64,000 bases of DNA from a virus. Location: positions 32,001-96,000 of the IMG/VR virus record IMGVR_UViG_3300025648_000015. One strand, written 5' to 3'. The notes below the pieces were generated by a model. That model searched no databases and was not told where the DNA came from. It worked only from the letters and a program-made list of their open reading frames with translations. The position numbers were made by a program, and so were the translations under genes. The stretch's first letter is position 1. Every line of letters begins with the position of its first letter. Of the stretch, positions 49,301-57,143 are shown piece after piece.

Positions 49301-49620
49301 AAGCTATGCTAGGTGGCATGGTTACTCAGATTAAACCATTGATTACTAAAAAGGGTAAGAACCCTGGTGCTGAGATGTGCCAATTATGGATTGAATTACC
49401 GATTAATAATTTTGATGAGGATGGTTTGCTTGAAGAGGAAGATGAAGAAAGCTCTACGAAAGATGAAAGCGTTCAAATCGTGGCCTTCCCAACAACGTAC
49501 GCAAGAGTCAAAAAAGATCTTGAGATCGGCACGCCGGTTTTGGTGGAAGTAGAAAAACTACAAGATGGGTTGAGCCTAAGAAGTTTATTTCGACTTGACT
49601 TATTAAAACCGGCAGTGTAA
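46330..49620 (+). CDS. dnaE: DNA polymerase III alpha subunit (C-family)
   Basis: PHP HLHTHSEHSFLDG, RGSVGGSL, FERFLNPERVSMPDIDID, HAAG, KIDLLGL, YGFNKSH. Confidence 0.98.
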   Translation: MTDRLVHLHTHSEHSFLDGLSTIDQVVNRVVDLGQEAVAITDHGECSGHLRLQKAADKAGIKPIFGMEGYFTEDRFEKSGRKGENYDHMTIVAMNNKGLENLWALSSLAYIEGSYYTNARFDWELLERYNEGLIVTGGCMGGCIGKHLKDGENHEKAIERIARYQAIFGDRFHLELHTYLDPESNEWNLRVAEAALDYSVPLLSVSDSHYAEPEQWFAHELMTAVQMGKTIHDPSRFSYGPNQLCIFSEEDTRSRLSYLPESIVDQAINRTNEVAQMCDARIPGSRKMPVFYSSPAMDERKFRETVEEGFNRKIVGHVAEDMLQTYRDRLDFEIDVIVTRGFPGYFLTVQEIINWSKENEFLVGPSRGSVGGSLLAYCMDITTVDPIPANLIFERFLNPERVSMPDIDIDMPKNERYLVRQHLEERYGKHNIASIGTLNTLGPKQSLRDICRGLGIDKDDTQKMIDIIDDDWNIKNRGATWEDVEKQYAKEYAPYIIKYPKLFENLPEFVNHIRHTSAHAAGIVISKESLLGVMPLRYSPQNDDIRTQFDMNEIDELGFVKIDLLGLRTLSTLMVALDLIKRNNGGTLPFKHFYEWDHDWETYYDDPAVWDAICTGHNIGLFQIETGQLRSLVKRFQPRSIEDLCTMIAIYRPGITRSVDSETGLNLLEMYMQKREGKRPVKYKHPMLEKILGVSYGSFVYQEQIMETCHILAGYTIPETDRVRKAVSKSNYEDMKDEAEIFVQKCIDNGIDKKTAESIFDDMRAFGMYGFNKSHGYGYSMLSYWTAWVKYYYPREFMTALFRTNPSDSVTYTREARRMGIQVLGPDINESEGNFTLTSSGIIRYGLSSVKYVANAAAELQKLGPYKDMEDFLARVPTRKVNKRAVMSMIKCGVFDSVCGDTKQALYEYCKTRKEFRKLDDSCNVDCTYCAGRFTLFECFAENQEYITLRGQHEQELLGTMVSIDPLAAYIDVIEEEQTYPGEKRMFQGEKAMLGGMVTQIKPLITKKGKNPGAEMCQLWIELPINNFDEDGLLEEEDEESSTKDESVQIVAFPTTYARVKKDLEIGTPVLVEVEKLQDGLSLRSLFRLDLLKPAV

Positions 49621-49647
49621 TCTGATAACAGTAAGAAAGGAAAATAT

Positions 49648-49782
49648 ATGTCAAAACTATCAGTGTGGCGTTGCCCTAAATGCAAGCAAGAGATACAAGC
49701 TCTTGCAACTGAGGTAACACACAAATGCCCAAGCAACAAAAATCTTCTTGTTCAATGGGAAAGTGCAGGCAAAGATGAATGA
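49648..49782 (+). CDS. 44-aa Zn-ribbon microprotein (not in ORF track)
   Basis: AAGGA SD; WRCPKC...THKCP. Confidence 0.6.
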   Translation: MSKLSVWRCPKCKQEIQALATEVTHKCPSNKNLLVQWESAGKDE

Positions 49783-49942
49783 GATAATCATCAATGCTAA
49801 TCTTAAATTGAGTCCAATAGCTTTAATCCGTTATGGTAAAGCTCTTAGAAAGTCAGGTTTAACGCCTGATGACTTTATTTTGCAAGCAGTAGCTACTATG
49901 ATTTACGAGACTTTAGGAGAAGATGAGTATGAAGTACAATGA
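49775..49942 (+). CDS. small protein, ribbon-helix-helix-like
   Basis: ANLKLSP....YGKALRKSGLTPDDFILQAV. Confidence 0.45.
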   Translation: MNEIIINANLKLSPIALIRYGKALRKSGLTPDDFILQAVATMIYETLGEDEYEVQ

Positions 49943-50225
49943 GTTAGAACACAGCCATATTAGCCTCCGTACACATGAGGATGGCGAATGTTTAGGTGAT
50001 GTATGCACTATCCATATGCGTAGTGATCACCATATGCGTGGCTTCCCACAATTTTATCGATTCGATCGTGGGATTATGGAACGCAAATGCACTCATGGAA
50101 TTGGTCACCCAGACCCAGATGATATTAATATTATCAATGGTGCTGACGATGGTGCACATGCTTGTGATGGTTGTTGCCTAAGATTTGCAACTGAAGAAGA
50201 ATACAAAAGTGCTAAGGTAAAGTAA
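49923..50225 (+). CDS. His/Cys-rich hypothetical protein
   Basis: H...C....C.IH..SDHHM...ERKCTHGIGHPDPD...HACDGCC. Confidence 0.7.
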   Translation: MSMKYNELEHSHISLRTHEDGECLGDVCTIHMRSDHHMRGFPQFYRFDRGIMERKCTHGIGHPDPDDINIINGADDGAHACDGCCLRFATEEEYKSAKVK

Positions 50226-50647
50226 TGCAAACATTTTTACCATACGAAAGTTTTACTAAATCTGCTTCTGTGCTTGACCGTCAACGTTTAGGGAAACAAC
50301 GTGTAGAAAATCTACAAGTAATCAAAGCATTAATTACTCCTGGATATGGTTGGCAAAATCATCCAGCAGTAAAGATGTGGCGTGGTCACGAATACACACT
50401 TCTTAAATACCAAGAAGCTATCTGCAATGAATGGACTGGTCGTGGCTACAAAGATACATGCCTTGAAAAATCCATAGATTTACTTGCTGGTTATCCTATT
50501 GGCATAACCAAACCAGAATGGTTAGGTGACGTAGAGTTTCATGAATCTCACCAAAGCAATCTTTTACGTAAATTCCCAGAACACTATTCACAATATTTTA
50601 CAAATGTACCAGATAATCTTGAATACGTCTGGCCAATAGGAGCATAA
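50225..50647 (+). CDS. MSMEG_6728-family / pyrimidine-dimer glycosylase-like protein
   Basis: MQTFLPY, LDRQRLGKQRVE, HPAVKMWRG, PEWLG...HESH.SNLLRK, Y.WP. Confidence 0.85.
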   Translation: MQTFLPYESFTKSASVLDRQRLGKQRVENLQVIKALITPGYGWQNHPAVKMWRGHEYTLLKYQEAICNEWTGRGYKDTCLEKSIDLLAGYPIGITKPEWLGDVEFHESHQSNLLRKFPEHYSQYFTNVPDNLEYVWPIGA

Positions 50648-50820
50648 TGAGTTACAACAGTAGAGAACGATACCACCAAATGATGCGTCGCAAAGAACGA
50701 GAAACTCAGCTATACATGGAAATGCATCCACCAAAGAATAATATGAGTGCAACTGAAGCGATGAGTCGTATTGTATTCCCAGAATATTACGAAAAGGAAG
50801 ATGATGCAAATAACAATTGA
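50647..50820 (+). CDS. 57-aa hypothetical protein (not in ORF track)
   Basis: AGGAG SD, TAATG overlap. Confidence 0.5.
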   Translation: MSYNSRERYHQMMRRKERETQLYMEMHPPKNNMSATEAMSRIVFPEYYEKEDDANNN

Positions 50821-50923
50821 TATTGATCAACGTACATATAACCACTTGAAATCAATGGCAGAAATTGATAGAATGACCGTTGAAGAATTTATTCAAGAAC
50901 TTGTAGAGGAAAACTATGGCTAA
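50801..50923 (+). CDS. 40-aa ribbon-helix-helix-like microprotein (not in ORF track)
   Basis: AAGGA SD; MQITIDIDQRTYNHLKSMAEIDRMTVEEFIQELV. Confidence 0.6.
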   Translation: MMQITIDIDQRTYNHLKSMAEIDRMTVEEFIQELVEENYG

Positions 50924-52025
50924 AGATGCTATTGAATCATTAATTAAAGAACTTAATAAGTTCACTCCTGAAGGTAGCACTAAGCCCATTGCTTTCCGTG
51001 GTAATAACATTGAGCGCATTAATGCTATCCCTACATTCACTCCAGCATTGTCTTACTTGCTTGCAGTTGGTGGATGGCCAGAAGGTAAACTAATCGAGTT
51101 CTTTGGCAAGGAACACTCAGGTAAAAGTTCATTCGCTTTGATGGCATTGAAAGATTGCTATGACTACTACAAGGGTGAGAAGCTTGTTGCTTATGTAGAC
51201 CTAGAACACCGTTTTAATCCTGAATGGGCTGAGAAGCTTGGGCTAAAGGTAGACGAAAGCCTTATCGTTGTGCAACCACCAGATGCTGAAACAGGAACTG
51301 ACATGATGGTTAGCCTAATTAAGTCAAAAGAAGTTTGTGCAATCGTATGGGATTCGACTGGTGCTGCAGCTACAAAACATAGCATGCAACAACTTACTGA
51401 TAAAAATGATCGCATGGGTGGCAACGCTGCAGTGATGAAACGCAACGTCCAAACTGTTGCTCCATTAGCTAACCTTTATGGTGTGACTTGTTTCTACCTT
51501 AACCAACTTCGTGCAGACATGGATGGATACAACCGACCTATGACTCCAGGTGGCCACGCAGTAAAACACGCTATGTCAGTACGTATATATTTACGCCCTG
51601 GTAGTGACAAATACTTTGACAAAATTAATGGTGAGAATGTACAAGTTGGTTTCCCTGTTGTTATGAAGACAGTAAAAAATAGTTACGGTCCTCCATTCCG
51701 TGAAGGTTGGACTGATTTCTATAATCAGCCAAATGTATTTCTAGATCACCCAGGTGTTGACACTAAACGTGATCTTGCTCGTATGGGTATCCTTTTAGGT
51801 GTAGCACAACGTGCCGGTGCATGGTTTTCTTGGAAAGATATCAAGGCACAGGGTCGTGACTCATTTTTTGATCAGATTTGGGAAAGTGGACGTGGTGCAG
51901 AGTTTGAAGCAGAAATCGTTGCTGCTATCAAAAAGGGTTCAAGTTTTGCTGAGGTAGAACAAGATGAATTCTTTGGTCGACCTTTGACCGTAGACAGCGA
52001 TGACGTTAACGATCCGGACGTGTGA
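50916..52025 (+). CDS. recA: RecA-like recombinase
   Basis: GGWPEGKLIEFFGKEHSGKS, YVDLEH, VWDS, NQLR, TPGGHAVKH, KN. Confidence 0.95.
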   Translation: MAKDAIESLIKELNKFTPEGSTKPIAFRGNNIERINAIPTFTPALSYLLAVGGWPEGKLIEFFGKEHSGKSSFALMALKDCYDYYKGEKLVAYVDLEHRFNPEWAEKLGLKVDESLIVVQPPDAETGTDMMVSLIKSKEVCAIVWDSTGAAATKHSMQQLTDKNDRMGGNAAVMKRNVQTVAPLANLYGVTCFYLNQLRADMDGYNRPMTPGGHAVKHAMSVRIYLRPGSDKYFDKINGENVQVGFPVVMKTVKNSYGPPFREGWTDFYNQPNVFLDHPGVDTKRDLARMGILLGVAQRAGAWFSWKDIKAQGRDSFFDQIWESGRGAEFEAEIVAAIKKGSSFAEVEQDEFFGRPLTVDSDDVNDPDV

Positions 52026-52204
52026 TGATGACTGAAGAATACGAAGAAGAACAAGGTGTATCTATTGAGATTGATCCAGAAGGTTGGCCAGAAGATCTGG
52101 CTGGTATTCTAATCAATGGCAAAGCTTTCTATATTGTTGATGGAGTAGTAACGATTACAGGCGATCCTATTTGGAAGTTTGGGGTTATTGCCGATGACGA
52201 TTAA
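52022..52204 (+). CDS. small acidic hypothetical protein
   Basis: 60-aa ORF coupled to recA stop. Confidence 0.55.
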   Translation: MMMTEEYEEEQGVSIEIDPEGWPEDLAGILINGKAFYIVDGVVTITGDPIWKFGVIADDD

Positions 52205-52307
52205 ACATTTTTGCCATAAATGCAATTTATATTTTTATCGTGCTGTAGACTTTATACTCCATAGACAAGAGCATATGAAAGAAGAACAAAATGAAATTGC
52301 GAAATGA
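52194..52307 (+). CDS. 37-aa classical C2H2 zinc-finger microprotein (not in ORF track)
   Basis: MTIKHFCHKCNLYFYRAVDFILHRQEHMKEEQNEIAK = C-x2-C-x3-F-x5-F-x2-H-x3-H. Confidence 0.6.
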   Translation: MTIKHFCHKCNLYFYRAVDFILHRQEHMKEEQNEIAK

Positions 52308-52434
52308 AAAATCGTTTACCTATACCGATGAAAGCTTTCACATTGAAGCTACCGGTATTTCTTCAAAAGACTTTTTTAGAATTGTTAATGAATTAAAGAA
52401 TAACCACGTCGAGGATGAAGAGAATGACAACTGA
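52291..52434 (+). CDS. 47-aa hypothetical protein (not in ORF track)
   Basis: fills gap, overlaps neighbours by a few codons. Confidence 0.45.
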   Translation: MKLRNEKSFTYTDESFHIEATGISSKDFFRIVNELKNNHVEDEENDN

Positions 52435-52594
52435 ATGGGAAACCGCTAAGTGTAAAAACTGCAGGCGTAAGCTTGGAGATGATCGAGAAATTATTAAGAG
52501 TGGTAGTGGTGTTTGGGTACACAATAACCCCATTAATTATGATCTTAAATGCCATCCGTTTCACCAATACGTAGCAGAACCATTGGAAGATTAA
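52424..52594 (+). CDS. 56-aa CxxC...WVH...C microprotein (not in ORF track)
   Basis: AKCKNCRRKL...GVWVHNN...KCHP...AEP. Confidence 0.65.
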   Translation: MTTEWETAKCKNCRRKLGDDREIIKSGSGVWVHNNPINYDLKCHPFHQYVAEPLED

Positions 52595-52610
52595 GAAGAG
52601 AGAAAAGATA

Positions 52611-52934
52611 ATGACAACTCCTAAGAAAGCACAAGATGTAACACCATTTGAACAAGTGGTTGCTGAGATTATGGCTATGCATACAAAGAAGCAGGCTGAT
52701 TATGGTCGTGCAGATGTTGGCGACCCATTCGCTAACGTACGTGCTAGTGAAGATTTTGGGATACCGGGGTGGATAGGTGCTGTAGTTAGAGCTAACGATA
52801 AAGTTAGGCGTCTACAAAAAGCTGCCCGTGGTGGTAAATTAGTTAATGAATCTATTGAAGATTCATTGCTTGATGCAGCTGTTTATTTTATGATTGCTCT
52901 TTGTTTGTTTAGGGAAGAAAATGGGAATAAATAA
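52611..52934 (+). CDS. DUF1599-like (nucleotide-modification-associated) protein
   Basis: KKQADYG...PFAN...RANDKVRRL...NESIEDSLLDAAVY. Confidence 0.8.
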   Translation: MTTPKKAQDVTPFEQVVAEIMAMHTKKQADYGRADVGDPFANVRASEDFGIPGWIGAVVRANDKVRRLQKAARGGKLVNESIEDSLLDAAVYFMIALCLFREENGNK

Positions 52935-53055
52935 GTGCCCCGAATGCAATGAAGATCTTCGTCTTATCACCGAAGGAAGCGATGCTTATTGGATCCATGA
53001 TGATGCTGACTTAGCAAACAATCCAGAATGTTTTTTAAGGAACGTTGCAGAATGA
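52921..53055 (+). CDS. 44-aa CxxC...WIH...C microprotein (not in ORF track)
   Basis: NKCPECNEDL...YWIHDD...PECF. Confidence 0.6.
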   Translation: MGINKCPECNEDLRLITEGSDAYWIHDDADLANNPECFLRNVAE

Positions 53056-53303
53056 TTGATGCTCAACAATGGTTAAAAGAATTTCGTAATAAAGATAAAG
53101 CCAATTGGGAAACTTTTGAAGTTGAATTGGAAGATGACGAGTTTGTAAAAGTCAAGCAAGCTGCATCTATTCTTGGTATGAATGTTGAAGAATACTGCAA
53201 TTATGCTTTAGTAAAAGCTTTGGATGGGTATAAATGCCCTACATGCAATAAATTAAGGTTGGATATGTCTCAAAGTTGTAGTAATTGTGGGGAAATAGAC
53301 TAA
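53052..53303 (+). CDS. RHH-like protein with C-terminal Zn ribbon
   Basis: FEVELEDDEF..VKQAA..LGMNVEEY; CPTC...CSNC; ATGA-overlap start at 53052. Confidence 0.6.
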   Translation: MIDAQQWLKEFRNKDKANWETFEVELEDDEFVKVKQAASILGMNVEEYCNYALVKALDGYKCPTCNKLRLDMSQSCSNCGEID

Positions 53304-53452
53304 TGATTTGTGATAAATGCAAAGAACCTGTGCATGTCGGTGAAGTTTGGTGGGTGCACGATAAGACAAATGATACATGGTGTGACCCCTTGCAAAGTCA
53401 GTTCTCTATCGAGTATAATACAATTAAACCTGTGTTTGAAGAAGAGGATTAA
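53303..53452 (+). CDS. 49-aa CxxC...WVH...C microprotein (not in ORF track)
   Basis: MICDKCKEPV...WWVHDKTNDTWCDP. Confidence 0.65.
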   Translation: MICDKCKEPVHVGEVWWVHDKTNDTWCDPLQSQFSIEYNTIKPVFEEED

Positions 53453-53454
53453 TA

Positions 53455-53589
53455 ATGGATGTCTGTAAGCACGGCAAGACTAATGAGTTTGGCACTTTCA
53501 TGCCTTATTATTCATATTTCTGTCCTGACTGCAATAACCGTATTATCCCACAAGAAATGAATCCATGCGACCATCCAAAGAGACGTGAT
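53455..53589 (+). CDS. 44-aa CxH...CxxC microprotein (not in ORF track)
   Basis: GAGGA SD; MDVCKHG...FCPDCNN. Confidence 0.5.
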
Positions 53590-53627
53590 GGAAGCTGCGT
53601 AAAGAAAGGCTGTAACGGTAAAGCATA

Positions 53628-53873
53628 ATGAACGTTGGAGATCGTGTAGCACACGTTAACTTACTAGGAACTATTGTTGGAGTATCTGCAAAAGGACTAC
53701 CAGTCATTGAATGGAATGATAGTGAATTCACTGAAGAAGATCCAGACACACTCTTGGTAGTTGAATTGCCAGAAGAACTAAATCCAGAAAACGAAGTAGC
53801 CGAACCTACGGAGAATAATAATGGAACCACTGAACAAACCACTGAACAAACCACTGAAACAACTAATAGTTGA
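53628..53873 (+). CDS. small SH3/KOW-like acidic protein
   Basis: MNVGDRV...GTIVG....PVIEW. Confidence 0.55.
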   Translation: MNVGDRVAHVNLLGTIVGVSAKGLPVIEWNDSEFTEEDPDTLLVVELPEELNPENEVAEPTENNNGTTEQTTEQTTETTNS

Positions 53874-54024
53874 AGCTCTAAAGAGCCTAGAAGGGTTCAT
53901 GGAGACTGGCGCTGATAGTTCTTATCACAGTTACGATAGAGGGCGCTATGATACATATCATGTTGTGCTTGGGTGGATTAACCAATTAGAAAGAGAAAAT
54001 GGGGAAGTTCCAACAGAAGTTTAG
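53821..54024 (+). CDS. hypothetical protein
   Basis: GGAG SD; 67 aa. Confidence 0.5.
   Translation: MEPLNKPLNKPLKQLIVEALKSLEGFMETGADSSYHSYDRGRYDTYHVVLGWINQLERENGEVPTEV
53826..53858 (+). repeat. 12-bp tandem repeat ACCACTGAACAA x2.75 in the overlap of two ORFs
   Basis: reads TTEQ repeats in one frame and PLNK repeats in the other. Confidence 0.8.
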
Positions 54025-54412
54025 CCAACGTCAAGAACGTGAGCTAGAAGAGCAATGGCCAATGGCCAAGAGAACTATTGGTTCAGGTGCTAAGTGGGAG
54101 AAGGCAGACCTTCAAACACAAGAGTACCAGAACATAGAGTTCATGATTGAATGCAAGAGCACACAAAGCTCAAGCTTTTCCATTACTAAAACTATTTGGA
54201 ACACTGTTAAAAGCCATGCTCAGAACAAGAGTTGGCTTAGTCGTCCGGTACTTGCTGTACGTTTGTACGGTCCTACTATTGAAATGACTGAGTGGGGGGA
54301 AAGAGAAAACACTCCTGAAACTTTACCAGTCGAGCTTGACCTTATCGTAATAGATAAGGATGATTTTCTTGAATTATACGAAGATTACATAAGACTAAAA
54401 GAGAATGAATAA
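53999..54412 (+). CDS. PD-(D/E)xK nuclease, Holliday-junction-resolvase-like
   Basis: SQRQE, GSGA..EKAD, IECKST. Confidence 0.75.
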   Translation: MGKFQQKFSQRQERELEEQWPMAKRTIGSGAKWEKADLQTQEYQNIEFMIECKSTQSSSFSITKTIWNTVKSHAQNKSWLSRPVLAVRLYGPTIEMTEWGERENTPETLPVELDLIVIDKDDFLELYEDYIRLKENE

Positions 54413-54627
54413 TGTGGTCGTGGATCCTAGCAGTTGTCGGAAGCTTTGGTGTTTTTACTATAGGTAGTAAAAATATCTATGGATGGGTTGTTCTATTCTT
54501 GAATGAATGTTTATGGGTTGCTTATGCTTTGCATACACATCAATATGGTTTTATTTTTGCTTCTGCTTTATACATGGGTACATACATTAGAAACTATTTG
54601 AACTGGAAAAAAGATGATAAAGAATAG
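54412..54627 (+). CDS. small PnuC-like membrane protein
   Basis: WSWIL..G..G...K..YGW....E.LW..YA...QYGF three-helix pattern. Confidence 0.55.
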   Translation: MWSWILAVVGSFGVFTIGSKNIYGWVVLFLNECLWVAYALHTHQYGFIFASALYMGTYIRNYLNWKKDDKE

Positions 54628-54699
54628 AATTGTTGATCTAATTTTTATGGTGCTGGGAACGGTACTTGTGACTGAAATTACTATGAGAAAGAAAAATAA

Positions 54700-55449
54700 G
54701 TGAGTTTTTTAGAACGCACTCTGGCTACATACCAGAACAATGAGCCTATTACTCCTCATATTGAGGAGGCTTTGATCCATGCAGATTGGCCTGAAGAATA
54801 CCCTGTAAAGGTATTTAATAAAGAACGTAAGTTTGATAACATGTATCATCCCTCATCAGACGTAACAGCTGGTGAGTTGCAATTATATTATAAATTCCAT
54901 CCAGAATTGAGGTTACAATGTCAAGAAGAAAGAATAAGTCCAACACTGCAAATGACCTTTCAAGTGGGTTCAGCTTTTCACAGTATTATTCAGAGCATGT
55001 TAATCCATTTAGGTTTTACGACTATGGAAGAAGTAGAAGTAAAGTTCAAAAACGAAGAAAGAATGTGCGCTGGCGCAGTAGATATCTTGAAACTACAAAC
55101 TCCAGATGGAGAACAATTCTTAGTAGATATAAAAAGTTGTAATCAACTACCTAAAGAAGCTAGTTACCAATACCAGATGCAATTGCGTACATACCAGGAT
55201 AATTGTCCCGGTGCTCCAGATCGTATGGCATTGCTATTCATTCAAAAGTCTTACCCACATAAGATTAAAACCATTGAAGTATTTAAGGATCAAAATGAAC
55301 TCGATAAACTCTACGATAAGTGGGATAGAGTTCGAGTGGCCATCAGAAATAATGATACCACTGGACTCAAACACTGCTGTAACGGCCCTACAGATGAAGT
55401 TTTTCTCAGCTGCCCTGCAAGGAAAATTTGCGAATATTGGAATAAATGA
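54700..55449 (+). CDS. Cas4/RecB-like PD-(D/E)xK exonuclease
   Basis: HPSS, G.AFH, E, GAVD, VDIKS, QLRTY, C-terminal CC...CP....C. Confidence 0.85.
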   Translation: MSFLERTLATYQNNEPITPHIEEALIHADWPEEYPVKVFNKERKFDNMYHPSSDVTAGELQLYYKFHPELRLQCQEERISPTLQMTFQVGSAFHSIIQSMLIHLGFTTMEEVEVKFKNEERMCAGAVDILKLQTPDGEQFLVDIKSCNQLPKEASYQYQMQLRTYQDNCPGAPDRMALLFIQKSYPHKIKTIEVFKDQNELDKLYDKWDRVRVAIRNNDTTGLKHCCNGPTDEVFLSCPARKICEYWNK

Positions 55450-55470
55450 GTACATGTTTGGGAAATTGTT

Positions 55471-55812
55471 TTGACATCACCACAAAAGGCTAAAGGCTCC
55501 CAATGGGAGAGAGACATTGCAAAATACTTTAACGAACGTGGCTACCCAGATGTAGAACGTCGCTATGGTGCTGGAGCTACCCTGGATAAGGGTGACATCA
55601 ATGGCGTTAAAGATACCGTGATTGAGGCTAAGAATGTAGCCAAGATCACGCTTGCATCCATCATGGATGAAGCACTTGTTGAGCAGAAGAATGCCAAGAA
55701 ACGATTTGGTATTAGTATCATTAAGCGTCGTAATAAAAGTGCTAAGGAAGCATATGTTGTTATGACGTTAGAACAATGGATTGATCTTTACTCATATTAC
55801 GTAAATAATTAA
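55471..55812 (+). CDS. Holliday junction resolvase (Hjc-type)
   Basis: KAKGSQWER, DKGDI, VIEAKN. Confidence 0.85.
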   Translation: MTSPQKAKGSQWERDIAKYFNERGYPDVERRYGAGATLDKGDINGVKDTVIEAKNVAKITLASIMDEALVEQKNAKKRFGISIIKRRNKSAKEAYVVMTLEQWIDLYSYYVNN

Positions 55813-55858
55813 TGATTAACCTTTACAAATGCTATTATAAAATGGTATTTTTGTAAGG

Positions 55859-56419
55859 ATGAATAATAACAGATCGTTACGTAAGGGACTAAGTGGGCTT
55901 ACAGAGCCCGAGCTTGGCATGGAGCACAACGATAAATTCAATGAACTTCATTCGTTTGCAGTCCGTGCATTTGATTGGAAAGATCGTCCAGAAGAAAAAG
56001 AGATGCTCGACAGTATTGAAGTTCTCGTAGAGAAATTCTTGTATGATTACCTAAATCCTGCTGAAGTTATCATAGCTAAATTCAACACTGATGCTAACAT
56101 GGGTGAGGTAGAAGCTGAACGTTTATTTCTCAATCTACAGAGTACAATCGTATCGATTGAAGAAGAAGTTACCCGTAGGTATCTTAAGGCACAATTTAGC
56201 TATTATATGCTAGATGATAAGTACTGGGAGAATTACCGAAAAGGTAATGGAACTACTAATGATCTAACTGCTCGTGCACGTATGGAGACTCGTGACGATC
56301 GTTATTTTTATTTTGTTCAATACGCTGCATGGCGTATCATCAATGACAAAGTGCAAAGTCTAAAAGCTACGCAGAGGCATATACAAAACAAGATCTATCG
56401 TTCTGGGTACAGAACATGA
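55859..56419 (+). CDS. hypothetical helical protein
   Basis: 186-aa ORF. Confidence 0.65.
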   Translation: MNNNRSLRKGLSGLTEPELGMEHNDKFNELHSFAVRAFDWKDRPEEKEMLDSIEVLVEKFLYDYLNPAEVIIAKFNTDANMGEVEAERLFLNLQSTIVSIEEEVTRRYLKAQFSYYMLDDKYWENYRKGNGTTNDLTARARMETRDDRYFYFVQYAAWRIINDKVQSLKATQRHIQNKIYRSGYRT

Positions 56420-56784
56420 GCGACACGCCACCTCAAAGAAAAAGTCGTAAACAAGAAGTTATCAGAGGAAAGATGACATGGCAAATTCTTGAACGACTCT
56501 TGAATAATTATTGGGAGTGGTATGAAGTTTATCAAACAACAGGTAACCCTGAGTTGCAACTGTTGAATGGAATTACCGTCAACATCTATGACATTTTGAA
56601 AGGAATAGATCGTTTGCCTCCTCGCCAGAAGCAAGCAGTCGTACTATCATGTTTGGAAAACAGAAAAGAAGTAGAAGTAGCGAGGATAATGGGATTCACG
56701 AAGTGGAGCTCCCAGGTGGGGATGTACAAGAGGAAAGCACTGAAGACGTTGTGCGAGACAGTGTGGAAGTCAGAAGTAGACTAA
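56416..56784 (+). CDS. sigma70 region-4-like HTH protein
   Basis: IDRLPPRQKQAVVL..LE.....EVARIMG....SQV..Y..KALKTL. Confidence 0.8.
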   Translation: MSDTPPQRKSRKQEVIRGKMTWQILERLLNNYWEWYEVYQTTGNPELQLLNGITVNIYDILKGIDRLPPRQKQAVVLSCLENRKEVEVARIMGFTKWSSQVGMYKRKALKTLCETVWKSEVD

Positions 56785-57143
56785 GCACTGACGATCAGTT
56801 CTCTGCTTTAGAAGAGAAATATTTTGAACGTTTACCACAAAATTGGGATGAAATGAACATGGGTGCTAAACTAGATTGGTTTGGTCACCGTATCCTGCTT
56901 GATCTTCGTGAAGAAACTGGTCGTGATGCCACTAGAGACTGGGGATTCCTCAGTGATTACCAATTAGAGCGTCGCAGAAGACGAGAAGTACAAAGCAAAC
57001 TTATTGGTGGGTGGGATGATCTACCACCAAGACAAGGTGTATTCCGTAGAGTACACGTAGACAAGAATAACTTTTTGACAGGCGATAATAAAACAAAGCC
57101 AGAAGATAAGAGGCCAGAGGGTAACAATGGACAGAAGAACTAA
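56763..57143 (+). CDS. hypothetical protein (start uncertain)
   Basis: open frame 56649..57143; GTG 56763 minimises overlap with sigma-like gene. Confidence 0.5.
   Translation: MEVRSRLSTDDQFSALEEKYFERLPQNWDEMNMGAKLDWFGHRILLDLREETGRDATRDWGFLSDYQLERRRRREVQSKLIGGWDDLPPRQGVFRRVHVDKNNFLTGDNKTKPEDKRPEGNNGQKN

Noticed and set aside
42099-52025. Inteins or introns in dnaB, dnaE or recA
   Set aside because: Lengths are ordinary, motifs are contiguous, and no intein splice motifs or homing endonuclease seen
54700-55449. Cas4-like nuclease as part of a CRISPR-Cas system
   Set aside because: No repeat-spacer array or other cas genes seen; stand-alone Cas4-like exonucleases are common in phage recombination modules
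905-55858. CTTAC-N3/4-GTAAG palindromes at 905 and 40186 and an imperfect inverted repeat at 55820-55858 as a shared operator
   Set aside because: Spacers differ, arms are short and AT-rich; could be chance
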